From an archaeon (GTDB taxonomy: Archaea; Nanobdellota; Nanobdellia; SCGC-AAA011-G17; PNOQ01), in the NCBI GenBank assembly GCA_018671245.1, contig JABHIB010000002.1:141-64140 (forward strand): a stretch of 64,000 nt of DNA, read 5' to 3'. The position numbers were made by a program, and so were the translations under genes. Every line of letters begins with the position of its first letter. The first letter of the stretch is position 1. The notes beneath the pieces are model-generated. The model had not been told where the DNA came from. It saw only the letters and a list, made by a program, of their open reading frames with translations, and made no database searches. Positions 60,230 to 64,000 of the stretch are shown here, piece after piece.

Positions 60230-60967
60230 ATGGAAACACTACAAAAAAATTATTCTGCAATAATCTCTGATGCTGGAGATATTTTATTTAGTACTGTTAA
60301 AGGCCTTAAGAGAAAACAGGAAGTTATAGAGTATTTATCACATAGGTTTGATTCGAAAATTCCTATTGATGAATCAGTAAAAAATTTTAAATATTATAAT
60401 GACCTTGCTCAAACTAGTTTTGAGTTGTGGGAATCAATATTCTTATTTTCTAAATATGAACTTGGAGAACAGATTGGATATGGAGATTGTAAACAACTTG
60501 AAGATTATATTGGTGCTCCAAATATAAAATTATTTGATGGAGTTGTAGATACCTTAGAAAAATTAGACTATCTAGGTTTGCCTTTTATTATTTTGACTAA
60601 TGGTCCTAAATCTGGCAGATTCTATGATAGTTGTTTAGATGAAGTAATAAAAAGTGAATTAATTGAAAAAAAAGAGTTTGATAAATGGTCTTATAATTAT
60701 GGTGATTATATTTTTGCCCAGATATCTTCAAAGGATCTTGGTGTGAGAAAGCCTGATGAAATTATGTTTCAGACAGCATTTAATCTGGTTGATTCAACTG
60801 ATTCTCCGAGAAATATTCTTTATGTTGCACACACAAAATCCGAGATTAATGGTGCCTTAAATTTTGGATTTGATGTTGTAAATTGTGGCCCCGAAAACCT
60901 GGATGTCTCTCGAGATAATTTATATGAAATAAATAGATTTTCTGAATTATTAGGAATAATCACATGA
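60230..60967 (+). CDS. HAD superfamily hydrolase
   Basis: Motif I ISDAGDILF, LFDGV..TL, LTNG, KPDEIMF, YVAH..EINGA. Confidence 0.8.
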   Translation: METLQKNYSAIISDAGDILFSTVKGLKRKQEVIEYLSHRFDSKIPIDESVKNFKYYNDLAQTSFELWESIFLFSKYELGEQIGYGDCKQLEDYIGAPNIKLFDGVVDTLEKLDYLGLPFIILTNGPKSGRFYDSCLDEVIKSELIEKKEFDKWSYNYGDYIFAQISSKDLGVRKPDEIMFQTAFNLVDSTDSPRNILYVAHTKSEINGALNFGFDVVNCGPENLDVSRDNLYEINRFSELLGIIT

Positions 60968-62250
60968 AAGTTGCATTAATTAACCCTAAACAGATGGATA
61001 CAATAAATGGGAGATATCCTCATTTGGGTATTGGTAGTTTAGCTTCAATTTTGGAGAAAAATAATATTGAGGTCAAAATATGGGATATGCCAGTTTCCGA
61101 ACTTAATGAAGAAGATATAAGTAATATGTTACAAGATTATGATCCCGAGATTGTTGGAATTACTAGTAATTCTTTTACATTTCTTGAAGCAAAAAAGCTT
61201 GCAGGCCTTTCAAAATCAATCAATCCGGATGTTTTAACGATTGTTGGAGGGCCACACATATCTATTTATCCTGTTGAAACTTTAGTAAATAATGAATTTG
61301 ATATCGCAATACCCGGAGAGGCAGAGATTTCATTCCTTAATGTAGTTCAAACTCTACAAAACAATAAAAAATTAGAAGATATTAGAGGAGTAGTTTATAG
61401 AAACGGATCACAAATAATTAAGAATTCTCCAGAAAAATTGATAAGTAATTTAGATAATTTACCTCTTCCTGCAAGGCATCTTATGCCTAATGATAGTTAT
61501 TTTTCTCCAATTGCTCACAATGATAATTATAGTATTGTTACTACAGTTAGAGGTTGTCCTTTCAAATGTTTTTATTGTTCTTCGAATAATGGCAAATCAT
61601 TTAGAATGAGAAGCCCATCAAATGTTGTTGATGAAATTGAGTTTTTGATAAATGAGTACGATACAGAATATATTCAGTTTTATGATGATTCTTTCTCTTT
61701 TAATAAAAATAGAGTGAGAGAAATATGTCGTCAAATTAAAGAGAGAGATTTAGAATTTAAATGGGATGTTAGAACTAGAGTTGATATGGTCGATGCCAAG
61801 ATATTAGAGGATATGGAGGATGCAGGATGTAAAAGAATACGATATGGTATGGAATCTGGAGATCAAAGAATTTTAGATATTATGAGAAAGGGAATTACTC
61901 TTGAACAAATTAATAATGCAGTAGATTTAACAAAAGAAGTTGGAGGCATGGAGATTCTTGCGTATTTTATGATTGGAACTCCGGGAGAGACTCTTGAATC
62001 AATAGATAAAACGATAAGTTTGGCACAAAATCTTTCTGTTGACCATGTTCGTTTCAATATCACTACTGCTTATCCTGGGACTGATATGTATAAGTTTGGT
62101 TTAGAAAGTGGTTATTTTGATCAGGATTATTGGTTGCAGTATGCTAGAGGCGAATTAGACTATATTCCTGATTTGATTTTCGAAACCGAAGAATATAATC
62201 GAAATGATCTTGAAAAAATAATTAAACATGCAAAAGAAGTTTGTTCATAG
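60964..62250 (+). CDS. cobalamin-binding radical SAM protein (class B methylase-like)
   Basis: PHLG, IVGGPH, GEAE, RGCPFKCFYC, YDDSF, GMESG, FMIGTPGET. Confidence 0.93.
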   Translation: MKVALINPKQMDTINGRYPHLGIGSLASILEKNNIEVKIWDMPVSELNEEDISNMLQDYDPEIVGITSNSFTFLEAKKLAGLSKSINPDVLTIVGGPHISIYPVETLVNNEFDIAIPGEAEISFLNVVQTLQNNKKLEDIRGVVYRNGSQIIKNSPEKLISNLDNLPLPARHLMPNDSYFSPIAHNDNYSIVTTVRGCPFKCFYCSSNNGKSFRMRSPSNVVDEIEFLINEYDTEYIQFYDDSFSFNKNRVREICRQIKERDLEFKWDVRTRVDMVDAKILEDMEDAGCKRIRYGMESGDQRILDIMRKGITLEQINNAVDLTKEVGGMEILAYFMIGTPGETLESIDKTISLAQNLSVDHVRFNITTAYPGTDMYKFGLESGYFDQDYWLQYARGELDYIPDLIFETEEYNRNDLEKIIKHAKEVCS

Positions 62251-62351
62251 ATAGTTTTAAATATATTTAAAATTAATTCTATTATGCCTTAATTAATAGA
62301 AGGAAATATAGAGCATAGTAGTAAGTTTGTAAATTAAAAGGAGGTTTGAAT

Positions 62352-62558
62352 ATGATAGAAGCGATATTATTTTATTCATGTTTGGTTGATAGTTTGATTG
62401 CTAATGTATTAGCTTGGACTAATCAAAAATGGTATAAAAAAAGATATAAAAAAATGTCGAAGTATCTTCCTATGACTAAAAGTTGGTGTTTTGTGTATCT
62501 AGCTTTTGTATTATGGGTTGGATTTTCGTTACTAAGGCTTAATATTTTGCCTTGGTAG
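62352..62558 (+). CDS. small membrane protein
   Basis: Two TM; LVDSLIAN...WY...LP.TK.W...Y. Confidence 0.6.
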   Translation: MIEAILFYSCLVDSLIANVLAWTNQKWYKKRYKKMSKYLPMTKSWCFVYLAFVLWVGFSLLRLNILPW

Positions 62559-62614
62559 TCCCATTTTTTTGAAATAGTAAGCTTTTTATAGGCATATTTT
62601 GTGATTTTATTAAA

Positions 62615-62860
62615 ATGTTATATGAAAAATTATTCCTATATAGTGAAGATGGGCCAAAAATTGGTATTAATAGAGATTTGCCAAGATTGAAGTTTGATCA
62701 TCATTTCAAAAATGTTGAGATTGAACCTATAAAACCTATAGTGATTGAACCGTTTAAGGCACCTATTGAGTATGAGCCTGTAAATCCTATAGAACTAGAA
62801 CCTTCCAAGCCTTTTGAAGTGGAACCTGTTATTCCAGAGTATCAACCTTTCAAAGAATAG
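62615..62860 (+). CDS. small Pro/Glu repeat protein
   Basis: About five repeats of xExEPxxP; 3' end overlaps metK. Confidence 0.5.
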   Translation: MLYEKLFLYSEDGPKIGINRDLPRLKFDHHFKNVEIEPIKPIVIEPFKAPIEYEPVNPIELEPSKPFEVEPVIPEYQPFKE

Positions 62861-63987
62861 TTAGAAATTTTTTTTATCTTTTCCCAAGGAAGTTCCTGAT
62901 TTGAAAAGTGTCCGTAAGCTGCAGTTTTTTTGTAGATTGGTTTTTTTAGATCGAATTGAGAGATTATTTCTGCAGGTTTTAATCTAAAATTTTCCTTAAT
63001 TAATTCTATCAATTCATCCTCAGATAGTTCTGATGTTCCGAAAGAGTCTACGAATATACTAACTGGTTCTGCAACTCCTATTGCATAGCTTATTCCTACT
63101 TCACATTTTTTACATATTTTATTTGCTACCAAACTTTTTGCTATGTGTCTTGTTGCGTATGCTCCACTCCGATCTACTTTTGAAGGGTCTTTTCCCGAAA
63201 ATGCTCCGCCTCCGTGCCTACCTATTCCTCCATAAGTGTCTACTATTATTTTTCTTCCTGTGACTCCTGCGTCACCTTCTGGTCCACCTATAATGAATTT
63301 TCCTGTAGGATTTACTAAGAATTTTGTGTTTTCATCTATATACTTTTTGCAAACAGGTTTTATTATATGTTCAATTACGTCTTCTTTTAGAGCTTCATAT
63401 TCAATTTCTTCATCGTGTTGAGTTGATATGATTATTGTGTCTACTCTTTTTGGTTTGCTATGATCGTATTCTACAGAAACTTGAGCTTTTCCGTCAGGTC
63501 TTAAGTAGGGAATTGTATTGTTTTTTCTTAGCTCTGATAGTTTCTTTGTTAGTTTGTGTGCTAAATATATTGATAGGGGCATTAATTCTTCTGTTTCGTC
63601 CGTTGCATAACCATACATCATCCCTTGATCTCCAGCTCCCTGTTCTTTGTGAAGTCCTTCTCCTTCAGTCACACCTTGTGAGATGTCTGGGCTTTGTTGT
63701 TCTATTATGGTTGTTATTTTACAACTATCTGCATCTATTCCGTATTTTAATTTTGTGTAACCTATATCTCTTAGTGTAGTTCTAGCAATGTCTTCTATGT
63801 TTAGATTTGCTTTAGTAGTTAGTTCTCCAGCTATTACAAGATTGTTGCTTTTTACTAGGCATTCTATTGCCACTCTCGAATTAGGATCTTGACTTAAACA
63901 TTCGTCTAGAATTGCGTCTGAGATTTGGTCACAGATTTTATCTGGGTGTCCCTCTGTAACTGATTCTGAAGTGATTAATTTTTTCAT
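62842..63987 (-). CDS. metK: S-adenosylmethionine synthetase, bacterial/eukaryotic type
   Basis: [41 protein letters not shown]. Confidence 0.97.
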   Translation of the reverse strand: MKKLITSESVTEGHPDKICDQISDAILDECLSQDPNSRVAIECLVKSNNLVIAGELTTKANLNIEDIARTTLRDIGYTKLKYGIDADSCKITTIIEQQSPDISQGVTEGEGLHKEQGAGDQGMMYGYATDETEELMPLSIYLAHKLTKKLSELRKNNTIPYLRPDGKAQVSVEYDHSKPKRVDTIIISTQHDEEIEYEALKEDVIEHIIKPVCKKYIDENTKFLVNPTGKFIIGGPEGDAGVTGRKIIVDTYGGIGRHGGGAFSGKDPSKVDRSGAYATRHIAKSLVANKICKKCEVGISYAIGVAEPVSIFVDSFGTSELSEDELIELIKENFRLKPAEIISQFDLKKPIYKKTAAYGHFSNQELPWEKIKKISNYSLKG

Positions 63988-64000
63988 AGAGAGAGGGTTG

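Overview
AT-rich (roughly 30% GC by eye) chromosomal segment of an archaeon, most likely a DPANN/Woesearchaeota-type organism. The basis is archaeal proteasome, exosome and RNase P proteins, split RpoB''/B' and RpoA'/A'', TFB, aEF-2, TATA-box leaderless genes and typical DPANN orphan surface proteins. Housekeeping blocks: Rpp30/Rpp14-psmA-SBDS-rrp4-rrp41-rrp42-rpoK-eno-rps2-MEMO; rnj; mre11-rad50; tRNA-Asp/Lys-rpoH-B''-B'-A'-A''-L30e-nusA-S12-S7; kae1; tfb; rps8e; Sm-L37e; EF-2. Accessory content: a glycosyltransferase island with an internal ~227-bp direct repeat, a BspA/DUF285 repeat lipoprotein, several secreted proteins sharing an [IL]TGx[AV][VIT] motif, an intron-containing tRNA-Tyr, a phage T5 A1-like metallophosphoesterase and a membrane-anchored JAMM/JAB protein. 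The best candidate for an undescribed system is a five-gene operon at 56.9-62.3 kb: orphan + atypical CX2CX2C radical SAM + phosphono/sulfopyruvate decarboxylase + HAD + B12-dependent radical SAM, close to a bacterial-type SAM synthetase. No CRISPR array, rRNA, transposase or integrase was seen. Family assignments come from recalled motifs, not database searches.
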